Assembly (NCBI GenBank): GCA_030647095.1
Contig: JAUSKH010000043.1
Location: 1,732-65,731 of the forward strand
Reading direction: 5' to 3'
Origin: Nanobdellota archaeon
Lineage (GTDB): Archaea; Nanobdellota; Nanobdellia; Pacearchaeales; GW2011-AR1
DNA: 64,000 bases
The notes beneath the pieces are model-generated. The model was not told the origin of the DNA. It worked only from the letters and a program-made list of their open reading frames with translations, and did no database searches. A program made the translations under genes and the position numbers. Positions 10,345-19,954 of the stretch are shown here, piece by piece (position 1 is the stretch's first letter; the number at the start of each line of letters is the position of its first letter).

Positions 10345-10466
10345 TCAAAAAGTCTTTGCGTTTACCTCGGCTTAAAAGCCGAGGTTTGTTCAGGACTTTT
10401 GGATGCTCAAGATTGCATTCATCCATGCACTAAAGTGCATGGTTTTCTGCATCAGCAATCTTGACA
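10345..10466. mobile_element. TA-flanked twin-hairpin element with IS200/IS605-like inner palindromes
   Basis: caaaaagtc..gacttttg encloses acctcggct/agccgaggt; tcaagattgc..gcaatcttga encloses ccatgcact/agtgcatgg. Confidence 0.7.
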
Positions 10467-10474
10467 TAATAAGA

Positions 10475-12064
10475 TTAAGATTCCTTCTTGCTTGATTTTG
10501 CTCCGTTGGAAGAATTAGAGGTTTTACTGGTTTTCGTGGTTTCGCTGGCTTTTGTTTGCCTTACTAAATTAACTATTATTAGTATCACTAATATAACTAT
10601 CAGGAATACTATCCAGGTTAATGGTTTCTTTGCTAGGACTCCTATAGCTGCTCCTGTTAAAGGCACACCAAACAAACTAATTATATTATCTTCTTCTTGA
10701 GTGTTATTAGAAGCTAATGATGTTGAATCGTTTTTTGGAGTTATTTTGCATGGTTGTTTTTCTTTTGGTTTCGACGTTGTAGGTTTACAATAATTTGGAG
10801 GATAACCACAACTCCTTGTTTGCGTGTTATTTTCACATACTGACCAGTCTGTACAACTCCATTCAGTTACGCAACCTGAAGAGCCGCGCCCTGTGTGTGA
10901 TGAAGAGCCACCACCAGATTCACTAAGAGGTTCTGGAGTTGATGAAGGAGGAGATAGAGTTGTAAACATTATAGATAATTCTGGTGATGTTATATTCTCT
11001 GAATCAGTTACTTTTATGTAAACAGTATAAACTGTTCCTGCAGTTAGATTTTCTAATGTATAATTATATTGGGTGTCTGATGTTGGAATCCAAATCCAAT
11101 CTTCTCTATCTAGACTTATTGAATAACCGTTAATTGAAGAGCTATTTCTTAAATCTACGAAAAACGAGAGCATTGCGGTGCTTTTGGTAACTGAAAACGT
11201 TGCAGAACTTATTTGTGCATGCCCTGAATTTATATTATTATGAATACAAAATGAATTTGTTGTGGCTGGGTTTATACAAATATCTTGGGTTGAAGAGTTA
11301 TTATCGTTACATTCTAGGTCAGTATTACATTTGATTGTTTCGCCTGGCGTAGTGTCGTTTGTTGTATTCTGGTTTTGATTTGTTAGTAGGACAAAGTTTA
11401 CACAATCTGTGAACATTTGCTTTGCATCAGATGTCCAGTAATCTGTTGCATAAATTCCAAAAAAGCAGATTGCTCCATTTGTTTTTTTACCGTTTGAAAG
11501 AATGGATCCTTTTTTTGCAAAAGAAATGACATCGCCAAAGACTGGACCTGATTCTGTAGGATATACTCCTGCGTATTTTTCCATTGAACTTGCCTTGTTA
11601 TTTATATCTAGGAAATAATAAGCCAAGGGCTTTCCCCTTATGTCTATTGTAGAATTATAAATGGTTTTAGTGGTTCCATCAATTTTTACTTTTAATGGTT
11701 CATTTGAAGCTAGCCTGCTAATTCCATCTGAATCAGTTAAACCTAATTCTGGACCAAGATTTCCATTAATGATAATAAAAGAATATTTGTCTGTAGGTAC
11801 GGTTTTAGAGAAAGATTCTTCGCCTATTAAAATAAATTTATAGGAAGAGAGATCTTGTGAAAGGAAGTTTTCACTTATTAAATCGGTAGTGAGATTAAGG
11901 TCTGAAAAAATATGAATTATATTTTGGTCTATGGTGTCTGAAGATTTGTATATATAGGCTATATCTGAATTAACTATGTTTGCTGCACTAACAGAATATA
12001 AAAGCATCGTTAAAAGTATTCCTACAAAGGTCAAATATAATATTTTCTTCCTCATTTTTATCAT
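10475..12064 (-). CDS. Secreted surface protein with FN3-like domain, WxC Cys repeat and C-terminal TM anchor
   Basis: Signal peptide; LENLTAGTVYTVYI; CVTEWSCTDWSVC; LTGAAIG then TM helix. Confidence 0.75.
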   Translation of the reverse strand: MIKMRKKILYLTFVGILLTMLLYSVSAANIVNSDIAYIYKSSDTIDQNIIHIFSDLNLTTDLISENFLSQDLSSYKFILIGEESFSKTVPTDKYSFIIINGNLGPELGLTDSDGISRLASNEPLKVKIDGTTKTIYNSTIDIRGKPLAYYFLDINNKASSMEKYAGVYPTESGPVFGDVISFAKKGSILSNGKKTNGAICFFGIYATDYWTSDAKQMFTDCVNFVLLTNQNQNTTNDTTPGETIKCNTDLECNDNNSSTQDICINPATTNSFCIHNNINSGHAQISSATFSVTKSTAMLSFFVDLRNSSSINGYSISLDREDWIWIPTSDTQYNYTLENLTAGTVYTVYIKVTDSENITSPELSIMFTTLSPPSSTPEPLSESGGGSSSHTGRGSSGCVTEWSCTDWSVCENNTQTRSCGYPPNYCKPTTSKPKEKQPCKITPKNDSTSLASNNTQEEDNIISLFGVPLTGAAIGVLAKKPLTWIVFLIVILVILIIVNLVRQTKASETTKTSKTSNSSNGAKSSKKES

Positions 12065-12184
12065 GAATCAAGATGTACTTTCATATAAAAGGATATAGAT
12101 TCTCAAACATAACCTTTAAGTTAGAATAGTCTGATTGAAACTTAGATTAATCGATTAGGTCTTCTTATTTTTGCGCTCGCTGGC

Positions 12185-12204
12185 TTAGAGATTTAAATCT
12201 CTAA
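12185..12204. other. Perfect 20-bp palindrome TTAGAGATTTAAATCTCTAA
   Basis: Read directly; lies just downstream of the putative DGR target gene. Confidence 0.7.
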
Positions 12205-12216
12205 TACATTCAACTC

Positions 12217-12870
12217 TCACGAGTTGAAGTCTCTGCCAGCACTAAATACCCCAAACGCGTAACCGTAACCGTCCCTGACGCCGCTGCCGCTGCCGTAAAG
12301 ACCCAACGAAGACCCGACGGAACTGAGGCTCGCGACTCTCTTTTGCTCTGAAACAACATCATCTTTTGTTAATGCCCAAATATAGGGTGTTTTCTTTAGG
12401 TCTTTAGCAATTTTAGCAAGTAATCCTACTCCTTCTTCTCCTGCAAGAGCAATAGCAAAAGGATTTTTTTCTATATTATTATCTTCTCCAACAGTGTAAC
12501 CAAATGGAATGTGCCTTGCTTTATTTCTATCAATTATAACTCCATTTTCATTAAAATCTGGTCTGTCTTGGATAAAGGCACCTTCACTTGGAACGTAAAG
12601 AACTCCATTAAAACCCCAAAACCACCCTTTTCTTAAAGTATCTAAAATTTGTGAAGCATATTTATTTTCTTTATTTTGAGTTGCCGCGTAAACTAAAGAA
12701 GTTGTCTCTGCAATTGTTGGTTCTATATCTCCTTGAGAGTGAATAGAATCTCTTACGGTTTTATAATTGCCCGGACCATGAATGGGCGCAATGAATCTTA
12801 ATTCTTTTTCTAAATGAGGAACTGTAATATAAGTTCTTCCTTCTTCAACTTTGAATGATGGTTTTACCAT
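12217..12870 (-). CDS. Hypothetical protein, probable DGR target with C-terminal variable region
   Basis: 3' region 12249-12340 about 64% GC, rich in NNC codons, ends ...GYAFGV. Confidence 0.65.
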   Translation of the reverse strand: MVKPSFKVEEGRTYITVPHLEKELRFIAPIHGPGNYKTVRDSIHSQGDIEPTIAETTSLVYAATQNKENKYASQILDTLRKGWFWGFNGVLYVPSEGAFIQDRPDFNENGVIIDRNKARHIPFGYTVGEDNNIEKNPFAIALAGEEGVGLLAKIAKDLKKTPYIWALTKDDVVSEQKRVASLSSVGSSLGLYGSGSGVRDGYGYAFGVFSAGRDFNS

Positions 12871-13127
12871 ATTTCTAGTTAAAAATAGATATATTTAAAT
12901 CTTTTGGTTATGTTATTACTGTATAAAGATAACATAATCATATTTCTGATAATTGGGAATATTGAGAATCAGTAATTATTTTAAATCGTATTTCTTTAAT
13001 AAACTTAGTAAAGTCTTCTAAATTATCAAGATTTTCGAATGTTGGTTCATCGTCAACTTCTCCGTACTTATGAACTAAGATTAATTGAGGTGATTGAGGC
13101 AGTTTAGTCCCGATTTGCCCTAATCGC

Positions 13128-13394
13128 CTAATTGATATATTTTTTAATATAAGTTTTTACTTCTGGTGATGTATCTTGCCTGTCAAGTAATTCATCTTTA
13201 TGTCTAAGTAAAGCTTCTTCATATTTACAAGTTAATGAGTGTTCTGGTTTTAATCTTCCTGAATAAATGGCTATCTTTGCCATAAATCTATATATTGAAC
13301 CCGGGGGTGTAAACCTGTGTGCAAGAAATTCAAGATTATCAAAGTTTAAAGTATATCCTCTAGGATTATTATTAGACATGAAATAAAGAATCAA
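13128..13394 (-). CDS. Hypothetical protein
   Basis: Short ORF (likely ATG start near 13379). Confidence 0.45.
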   Translation of the reverse strand: MILYFMSNNNPRGYTLNFDNLEFLAHRFTPPGSIYRFMAKIAIYSGRLKPEHSLTCKYEEALLRHKDELLDRQDTSPEVKTYIKKYIN

Positions 13395-13421
13395 TGTATT
13401 TATTTAAATATTATTGCACTA

Positions 13422-13619
13422 TTAGGCTTTCTTAAATTTAGTGATTTCTGGAAGCATGTCGGCATGGCCTAAAAGTGTTGCTCGACAGCAATATCTCTCT
13501 AAACCTAGCTCTGTAAGCACTTTACCAGCGTCTTCGCCTGCGTCTATTCTCTTCTTATATTCTTCCCATACTTGACCTACTGGTTTTCCGCAGCCCATAC
13601 AACGCACTGGAATTATCAT
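13422..13619 (-). CDS. rpoN: DNA-directed RNA polymerase subunit N (Rpo10)
   Basis: MIIPVRCMGCGK...LGLERYCCR. Confidence 0.95.
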   Translation of the reverse strand: MIIPVRCMGCGKPVGQVWEEYKKRIDAGEDAGKVLTELGLERYCCRATLLGHADMLPEITKFKKA

Positions 13620-13675
13620 GCTAATATCTCTCAACGATGGTTTTTAAAGTTTGCTAGGGCATTTCTTTAGAAAAA

Positions 13676-14275
13676 TTATCTGCGTTTTTTCATCATTATT
13701 TTGCCTAGATAATAAGCTGATCCGAAGACTACTACTCCTGGCAAAAGTGCGAGACCAAGGCCTGGAACTAGGAGACCTGTACCTATTGCTCCTAATGTAC
13801 CTGCCCCTACTGATTCAAGAAGATTTGCTGCTTGTGATACAGATTTTTCTACGTCTTTTTGTAAAGCATCTATTTGCATAATCATTTTACCTTCTTTTAA
13901 AATTCTTATTTTCTTATCTTCTTCCGAGACTAGAACAACTAGGTTGCCTTTCTTTGCGGCGTTTAATGCTGCGCTATGCCGTGTACCAAAATTCTTGAAT
14001 GTTTTTGTACTCTTTATCATGACCCCATAAGCAGTCAGCATTCCTTTCTTGTCTATTATGACTGCACCATCCATTAAAGCTAGAGATTCTAAAAGTTTAG
14101 GATTTTCTATTACCTTAAATGAAGGTACTGACTGATCTACGAGAGGATTATATTGTGTTTCTCCAATTACAAATAAAGCTCCTTCTCCTCGCTTAGCTAT
14201 TCTAAGTCCTACCTGTATAAGTAGCTCTTGCAAGTGCTTCCTACTTCCATTTTTTTGTTGAGAATTTCTTTTCAT
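13676..14275 (-). CDS. DisA_N/DAC-domain diadenylate cyclase with hydrophobic C-terminus
   Basis: GALFVIG, DGA and GTRHSAA, VSEE motifs. Confidence 0.85.
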   Translation of the reverse strand: MKRNSQQKNGSRKHLQELLIQVGLRIAKRGEGALFVIGETQYNPLVDQSVPSFKVIENPKLLESLALMDGAVIIDKKGMLTAYGVMIKSTKTFKNFGTRHSAALNAAKKGNLVVLVSEEDKKIRILKEGKMIMQIDALQKDVEKSVSQAANLLESVGAGTLGAIGTGLLVPGLGLALLPGVVVFGSAYYLGKIMMKKRR

Positions 14276-14317
14276 ATTATTTTGTTTTTTTCTTCATTTA
14301 TATAGTTTGTGAAAGAT

Positions 14318-14686
14318 TCAATCACAATTGGAGAGATATTTCAATTCTGTAAGATTTTTGTATCCGTAGTAAATTGTTTTATTTATGTACCACGAAGGTA
14401 CGCTTCTTATGTTCGGGCAAAGAGATTTGTCTTTTCCACAGTCTATATATTTTACTTGCTTAAATGCCGTTCCAAAAAGTTCTGCTTGTTTTTCACATTC
14501 ACTGCAATATACAGACCCATAAAATTCTGCTCCTTCCTGCTCTAGGCAATATGCTACTTTTGTTTTTTCATCTTCGCCTGCAAAATAGCCCGTTACTTTC
14601 GAGAACCAATCTGTGAATGAATATAGTCCTGTAACCAGAATAATTGTGATAATAAAAGTAATTAACACCTTTGTTTTTGTTTGCAT
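14318..14686 (-). CDS. Membrane-anchored thioredoxin-fold protein
   Basis: N-terminal TM; FYGSVYCSECEKQ; YIDC...PSW. Confidence 0.75.
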   Translation of the reverse strand: MQTKTKVLITFIITIILVTGLYSFTDWFSKVTGYFAGEDEKTKVAYCLEQEGAEFYGSVYCSECEKQAELFGTAFKQVKYIDCGKDKSLCPNIRSVPSWYINKTIYYGYKNLTELKYLSNCD

Positions 14687-14775
14687 TTTTATATAAGGAG
14701 GAGGGGTATTTTAACTTTATTGGCTCATCCTACTTTTACCAAAGACTTTATAAAATGGTTTTACTCTTATTGAAT

Positions 14776-15339
14776 ATGGCTTTAGGACTTATTATAGGTT
14801 TAGTAGTTGCAGCAATTGTTTTGATAATAGTAATTGCGTTTATTTATTATTATAATAGATTTATAGTTTTAGAAAATAGGATTGACAACTCCTTGTCACA
14901 GATTGATGTTCAGCTAAAGAGAAGGGCTGAGCTTGTACCTAATTTAATTAATACGGTTAAGGGTTATGCAAAACATGAGAAAGGAATTATGCAGGAAGTT
15001 GTAGATGCTAGAAAGGTCTTACTTGCTGCGAAAGATGTGAAGAAAAGAGTAGAGGCTGGAGCTGAATTGCAGAATGCTCTTAAATCAATATTTGCTCTTG
15101 CTGAAAACTATCCTCAACTAAAAGCTAATGAGAATTTCTTGCAACTGCAACAGGAATTGGCTACTATTGAAGATAGAATTGCATATTCCAGGCAGTATTA
15201 TAACGATTCTATCCTTGAATATAATAATAAAGTAGAAGTTTTCCCTGGCATGTTTTTTGCAAACTTATATAGTAAGAAAGAAAAAGAATATTTGAAGATT
15301 CCTGAAGAAATAAGGGCTGTACCTAAAGTTGAGTTTTAA
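14776..15339 (+). CDS. lemA: LemA family protein
   Basis: IDVQLKRR, ENYPQLKANENF, SRQYYND. Confidence 0.95.
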   Translation: MALGLIIGLVVAAIVLIIVIAFIYYYNRFIVLENRIDNSLSQIDVQLKRRAELVPNLINTVKGYAKHEKGIMQEVVDARKVLLAAKDVKKRVEAGAELQNALKSIFALAENYPQLKANENFLQLQQELATIEDRIAYSRQYYNDSILEYNNKVEVFPGMFFANLYSKKEKEYLKIPEEIRAVPKVEF

Positions 15340-15386
15340 AGATAAATAATATTAATATTTAAATAGTGATTTAGCTTTCTATTGAG

Positions 15387-16286
15387 ATGGTAGAAAGATT
15401 GTCGTTTGAAGATGAAATTTCAAAGAATAAGATAAAATCCTTTTTTTTAGTAATTGTAGTCATAACTTTCTTTTTGTTGCTAGGTTTTATAATCGCTTTG
15501 ATTGCTAATCCTGGCTATTTCTTTATTATCATGATTTTTTCTATCATTATCTCTATATCTTATACATTATTTAGTTATTATAATGCTGAGAAAATTGCTA
15601 TTGCTTCTGTAAACGCAAAGCTTGCTTCTCCAACTAGAGATAAAATATTGTTTAATGCTGTGGAAAATATGTCTCTTGCCTCTGGATTGCCGATGCCTAA
15701 AGTGTATATAATGAAATCTGACAGAATAAATGCTTTTGCTTCTGGCAGAGATCCTAAACATGCAATTATATGCGTAACAACTGGTGCTTTGGAAAAATTA
15801 GAAAAAGAAGAGTTAGAAGGTGTGATAGCACATGAAATGTCTCATATTGCTAATTTTGATGTGAGATTCATGACTTTAACAGCAGTGCTTGTTGGCTTAG
15901 TGTCCATTCTTGCCGAATTGTTTCTTAGAAGTCTATGGTTTTCTTCTGACGATGATAGAAAGGGGGGTGGATTGCTTATTATATTAGGAATAATATTTGC
16001 AATAATTGCTCCGATAGCGGCTCAACTTGTTTCACTTGCTATTTCACGTAGAAGGGAGTTTACTGCTGATGCTACTGGCGTTAAGTTCACTAGATACCCG
16101 CCTGGATTGAGAAATGCTTTAATAAAGATAAAAAAGGAGAACGAACCTTCGCAGGAAGATAGAAAGAGATACCCTAAAGCAATGGCCCCTCTGTTCATAT
16201 CTGACCCTTTCAAATCAAGGATAAAAAATATATTTAGTACGCATCCATCAATAGATGAAAGAATTAAAATACTTGAAAGAATGTGA
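15387..16286 (+). CDS. htpX: HtpX-like M48 zinc metalloprotease
   Basis: NAFASG, HEMSH, SRRREFTAD, STHP. Confidence 0.93.
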   Translation: MVERLSFEDEISKNKIKSFFLVIVVITFFLLLGFIIALIANPGYFFIIMIFSIIISISYTLFSYYNAEKIAIASVNAKLASPTRDKILFNAVENMSLASGLPMPKVYIMKSDRINAFASGRDPKHAIICVTTGALEKLEKEELEGVIAHEMSHIANFDVRFMTLTAVLVGLVSILAELFLRSLWFSSDDDRKGGGLLIILGIIFAIIAPIAAQLVSLAISRRREFTADATGVKFTRYPPGLRNALIKIKKENEPSQEDRKRYPKAMAPLFISDPFKSRIKNIFSTHPSIDERIKILERM

Positions 16287-17501
16287 TTATTTCTTAGGTG
16301 ATATATATTTAGGGGACCACCGGCTGTAATTAGTCTGTTTACCTCCAGATTGAAAAGAGAATCTTGAAGGATTACGATGGTAATCCAATAAGAACTCTTC
16401 CTCTCTTCGTGCTTTTATAACAGCCTCGGTAAAACCAATAATATTTTCAAATTCATTTGGTGAGATCTTTACAGCTTCTTTCTTTCCTTCAAAGACTGCT
16501 TCTGCACCTGCACGCCTCATTCTTTTCCATGTTTCAACTGCTGAAATGAATGGACTGAAACAGAATGCCTTGTAACCGCTTAATTCATGGGGTATAGATG
16601 AGATATAATCTATAATAGAGGATAAGTTAAGATAAGCAGTTTGGTAGAGAGATTCAAAAACGTTCTCTCTTGCTTCTCGTGCTGATTTCTCTTGACCATA
16701 AATTAGCTCTTGAGGAGTTAAACCTGGAAAGAGATCTCTTGGAAGGAAAAGAGTTCTTGCATCTGGGTAGTCTGACCTTGCATCTGCATCTTCTTTAATA
16801 TTCTTAGTTATATTGGTTAACTGGAGAGTCATTCCTAATATTTTTGCGTGAATTCTATCAATCTCGTGATAGTTATCTGTCTTCCTATCCATTATTAGGT
16901 CTGTAAGAGATTCTCCTACTATACCTGCCACATAATCGCAATATTTTTTTAGGTCGTCTTGTGTTCTAAGTTCTCTCATCTCCAACGCTTCTCTCATACC
17001 TGCAGTCATAGTTGCTGTACAGTTTCTAAGTATTTCTCTTATGGATTTATCAAATGTTTGCATCTCTTTTAGCGGGCTGTACTTTCCACCTTTACCAAAA
17101 TGTTTAACAAAAACTCTTGTTTCTTCGTCTACAGCGCCCTCAAGCATTTTATTAGTTATTTTGTTTACCTTTCCTTCTATAAGATCTGTTATAGAATCGC
17201 TTGTATCTCTTCTTGCTATTTCTGCAATCACTGAATGCTGGTCATTTAATACCTCGATCTTATCTGGTATAGGAAGGCGTCCGTCTTCTGCTTCATCTGC
17301 CCACCTTAATACATTATAAAGTGTCTGCACGATTGTTCTTTTATTATATTCAGTTGGGTCTTTTAAAGTTTCTAGATGGGCTATGGGATAAACAAATGTT
17401 CTAGATTTTAAGTGAAGTAATTCTCTGGAATCTAAATCGTGACTCTTAGCTTTTTCAAGTACTTCTTCAACTGTGGGGTGCAGTATCCACTCTGGAATCA
17501 T
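16287..17501 (-). CDS. Squalene/phytoene synthase family protein
   Basis: SRTF, LRWADEAED, YCDYVAGIVG, LQLTNITKNIKED. Confidence 0.8.
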   Translation of the reverse strand: MIPEWILHPTVEEVLEKAKSHDLDSRELLHLKSRTFVYPIAHLETLKDPTEYNKRTIVQTLYNVLRWADEAEDGRLPIPDKIEVLNDQHSVIAEIARRDTSDSITDLIEGKVNKITNKMLEGAVDEETRVFVKHFGKGGKYSPLKEMQTFDKSIREILRNCTATMTAGMREALEMRELRTQDDLKKYCDYVAGIVGESLTDLIMDRKTDNYHEIDRIHAKILGMTLQLTNITKNIKEDADARSDYPDARTLFLPRDLFPGLTPQELIYGQEKSAREARENVFESLYQTAYLNLSSIIDYISSIPHELSGYKAFCFSPFISAVETWKRMRRAGAEAVFEGKKEAVKISPNEFENIIGFTEAVIKARREEEFLLDYHRNPSRFSFQSGGKQTNYSRWSPKYISPKK

Positions 17502-17599
17502 AAAAAACAGCCACTTTGAGAGTATATTAATTTATCTATCTGTTCGTTTAATTCCCGCTTGATAGTAAAAATTTTAAAGTTGTTTATCAAAGATTTATC

Positions 17600-17914
17600 A
17601 TGAAAAATATTTTTTTCTCAGAGAAATGTTATGATATTGTAAAGAGAATTCCTAAAGGAAAGGTTATGACATATAAATCTGTTGCTAAAACTCTTGGAAC
17701 AAACGCTTATAGGGTCGTAGGTAATGCAATGAATAAAAGTCCTGGAATGCCTGAAATGCCTTGCCATAGGGTTGTAAAATCGAATGGAGAAGTGGGTGGT
17801 TTTGTTCATGGTACTAGGAAAAAGATTGAAATGCTTAATATGGAAGGTGTAAAAGTTAAAAATGGGAAGGTTGATTTGGAAGAGTATAGATATAGTTTGA
17901 AAAGTAAAAGTTAA
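17600..17914 (+). CDS. ogt: Methylated-DNA-protein-cysteine methyltransferase (short MGMT)
   Basis: IPKGKVMTY, RVVGNA, PCHRVV. Confidence 0.9.
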   Translation: MKNIFFSEKCYDIVKRIPKGKVMTYKSVAKTLGTNAYRVVGNAMNKSPGMPEMPCHRVVKSNGEVGGFVHGTRKKIEMLNMEGVKVKNGKVDLEEYRYSLKSKS

Positions 17915-17939
17915 AATAGTCTTCTTATTTAAAACTGAG

Positions 17940-18572
17940 ATGGGTATTGAAAAGCTGATAAGTGGGAATAGACCTTTTTTGGCTGTTGCTAGTGGTTTAG
18001 CTTTGTCTTTTCTTGATTGTGTGCCTTTGCCTTCCTGTAATGTTCAAGAGCCTTATTGCAGCAGCCCTGTTGTGGATAATAGGTTTGTTCTGACTAATCC
18101 TACTGGAGGAACTAAATATGCACATCAGATACTTGGAATTGGAGGAAATTACACTGGAGACAAAAATGCAATGGTTGGTGGACCTGATGAAGGATATACA
18201 AATTTTAAAATATCTAGACAGGACGGTGAGGCTATTATAGTTGCTGGATTTGGTGGAGACTTTAATGTTGTGAAGGTAGGATTAAAATCAGATTCACTCT
18301 ATATGTATGCGGTAGCTCAAGTAGGAGATTTTGTCAGATTTTCAAAGAGAGATAATGAGGAAAAGAGTAATGAGATAGTATTAGGAAATTTTGTTACGGT
18401 TGGAGAGGGTGAAAGAGGAAATATTACCTTACAGGGAGTAAATGAATTATATGAATACAGATTTAATGTAGGTCCAAGTACTAAAGATAGGATATTTATT
18501 TTAAAATTTGATGTTGGGTATGCAAGCCCTTCTGTTTTCAATTTATCTGTGGATTATTTGAAAGCTGAATAA
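17940..18572 (+). CDS. Hypothetical secreted protein
   Basis: 210 aa, hydrophobic N-terminus. Confidence 0.6.
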   Translation: MGIEKLISGNRPFLAVASGLALSFLDCVPLPSCNVQEPYCSSPVVDNRFVLTNPTGGTKYAHQILGIGGNYTGDKNAMVGGPDEGYTNFKISRQDGEAIIVAGFGGDFNVVKVGLKSDSLYMYAVAQVGDFVRFSKRDNEEKSNEIVLGNFVTVGEGERGNITLQGVNELYEYRFNVGPSTKDRIFILKFDVGYASPSVFNLSVDYLKAE

Positions 18573-18630
18573 CGATTAATAAGAAACTCCTGATGGATAA
18601 TTATTTATATATTACATATATCCCTAAATA

Positions 18631-18921
18631 ATGCAACAACAACTAGATACTGAAATAGATCTATGTATTAAAAATTTTAGAAATAGAATTGAAGATTATG
18701 TTATAAATCCTGTGCATAATAATCCTGAGTATGTCTATTATGCAGCAAGAGAGCTGTTTAATATCTTTTATGATGTTGGCATGTCTATTAAGGGCTATGA
18801 TGCAGAACAAAGGAGCATGATTGATATTAGTTTTAAACAAGCTATTAGGCATGTTCTTCATCCTGATATGCGTGAAGCTATTAGAATAATGCATGGGGGA
18901 TTAAAGAAATTTTTGGTTTAA
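18631..18921 (+). CDS. Hypothetical protein
   Basis: 96-aa ORF with TATA upstream. Confidence 0.55.
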   Translation: MQQQLDTEIDLCIKNFRNRIEDYVINPVHNNPEYVYYAARELFNIFYDVGMSIKGYDAEQRSMIDISFKQAIRHVLHPDMREAIRIMHGGLKKFLV

Positions 18922-19062
18922 GAGAGTTTATTATGGAAAAAGAAGAACATATTGTTAAAATACTTAGAAAAGAGTGGGTGACACATGATGTTGTTAGACT
19001 TGGTGTTGAAAAACCGCAAGGATATAAATTTATTCCAGGACAGGCAACAGAGGTTTCTGTAA

Positions 19063-19101
19063 ATCAAAAAGTCCTTGTATAATCTTTGGACTTTTGGATG
19101 C
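19063..19101. repeat. Hairpin module shared with 10344-10406
   Basis: atcaaaaagtc...ggacttttggatgc stem identical, loop different. Confidence 0.7.
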
Positions 19102-19145
19102 ATGAAAATTCCAGAGTTGATTCTGATTTTTTGAAGATAAATATA

Positions 19146-19273
19146 GAAAGTTTTGAAAAACCCTCAAAAAACTTTCTAAGAAGGACTCAAAGAACAAAAT
19201 TCTTTGATACATTCAACTTTGATAAGTTGAAGTCTTTGAAAGAAGGAAACAATAATGATTATTCAAAGTCCTC
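19146..19273. mobile_element. 128-bp TATA-flanked hairpin-array element (family A, short form)
   Basis: TATA at 19142-45 and 19274-77; homologous to 60771-61040. Confidence 0.85.
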
Positions 19274-19570
19274 TATAAAAGATTTTTCACAACACTTTTA
19301 TATTTGTGGGTCAGTAAGAATGGTGGGAGAAATTCAAGATACTCTAAGGAAATTAGGAGCAAATTCTGATTCTATTGTTATTGAAACCTAGACCTGCAAC
19401 CGCAATATATAAAAAGTCTTTATGCTTTGATTTATCAGTATGTATTACAAAAGAGAAACTTGGGCTGGAATAGAAATGTTTGGTCTTAGTCTTAGATGTA
19501 ATACAGTTACTTCTAAACTTGCATCTATTACATTTGATAGCAAGTAAGTACACATCAATTCTCTGCTTAC

Positions 19571-19954
19571 TTGCACCTCATCACAATGATTCTAAAACAA
19601 TCTTATCAGGCTCTTGAACCTCCACCGCTTTCTAAAGCTGTGCATGGAATCCATGTAAAAAGGATGATTAAACTTGGAAATTCTTCTTATTTTAATAAAC
19701 TTGCTAAGTTCTCGCCTTTTCTATTAGCTGAAATGGATGAATTTATAGAGAGAAATTCTCTTGTTATCAATGGAAATAATAAAATAAAGCAAAAACATTA
19801 TTGCTGTCCGCAGTGCTTAAAGGCGCATGCACTAATATGCAGCAGAGAAATGAAACTTGGAAATAATATAGAGAAAATTGTAAATAAATTATTTGAAGGA
19901 GAGGTAGGGCACGGAGAGTATTATTTAGATGGAGAGGTTTTGATAAAAGTTTAA
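19571..19954 (+). CDS. Hypothetical protein
   Basis: ORF track only; CPQC motif. Confidence 0.35.
   Translation: MHLITMILKQSYQALEPPPLSKAVHGIHVKRMIKLGNSSYFNKLAKFSPFLLAEMDEFIERNSLVINGNNKIKQKHYCCPQCLKAHALICSREMKLGNNIEKIVNKLFEGEVGHGEYYLDGEVLIKV

Larger units (their letters stand above)
18933..19391 (+). pseudogene. Ferredoxin/flavodoxin-NADP reductase-family pseudogene disrupted by two hairpin elements
   Basis: N-terminus MEKEEHIVKIL..THDVVR..KFIPGQATEVSVN; C-terminus DFLKINI/KDFSQHFYICG..MV; central part missing. Confidence 0.8.

Noticed and set aside
19086-19391. Independent 101-aa gene
   Set aside because: Chimera of hairpin elements and the FNR C-terminus
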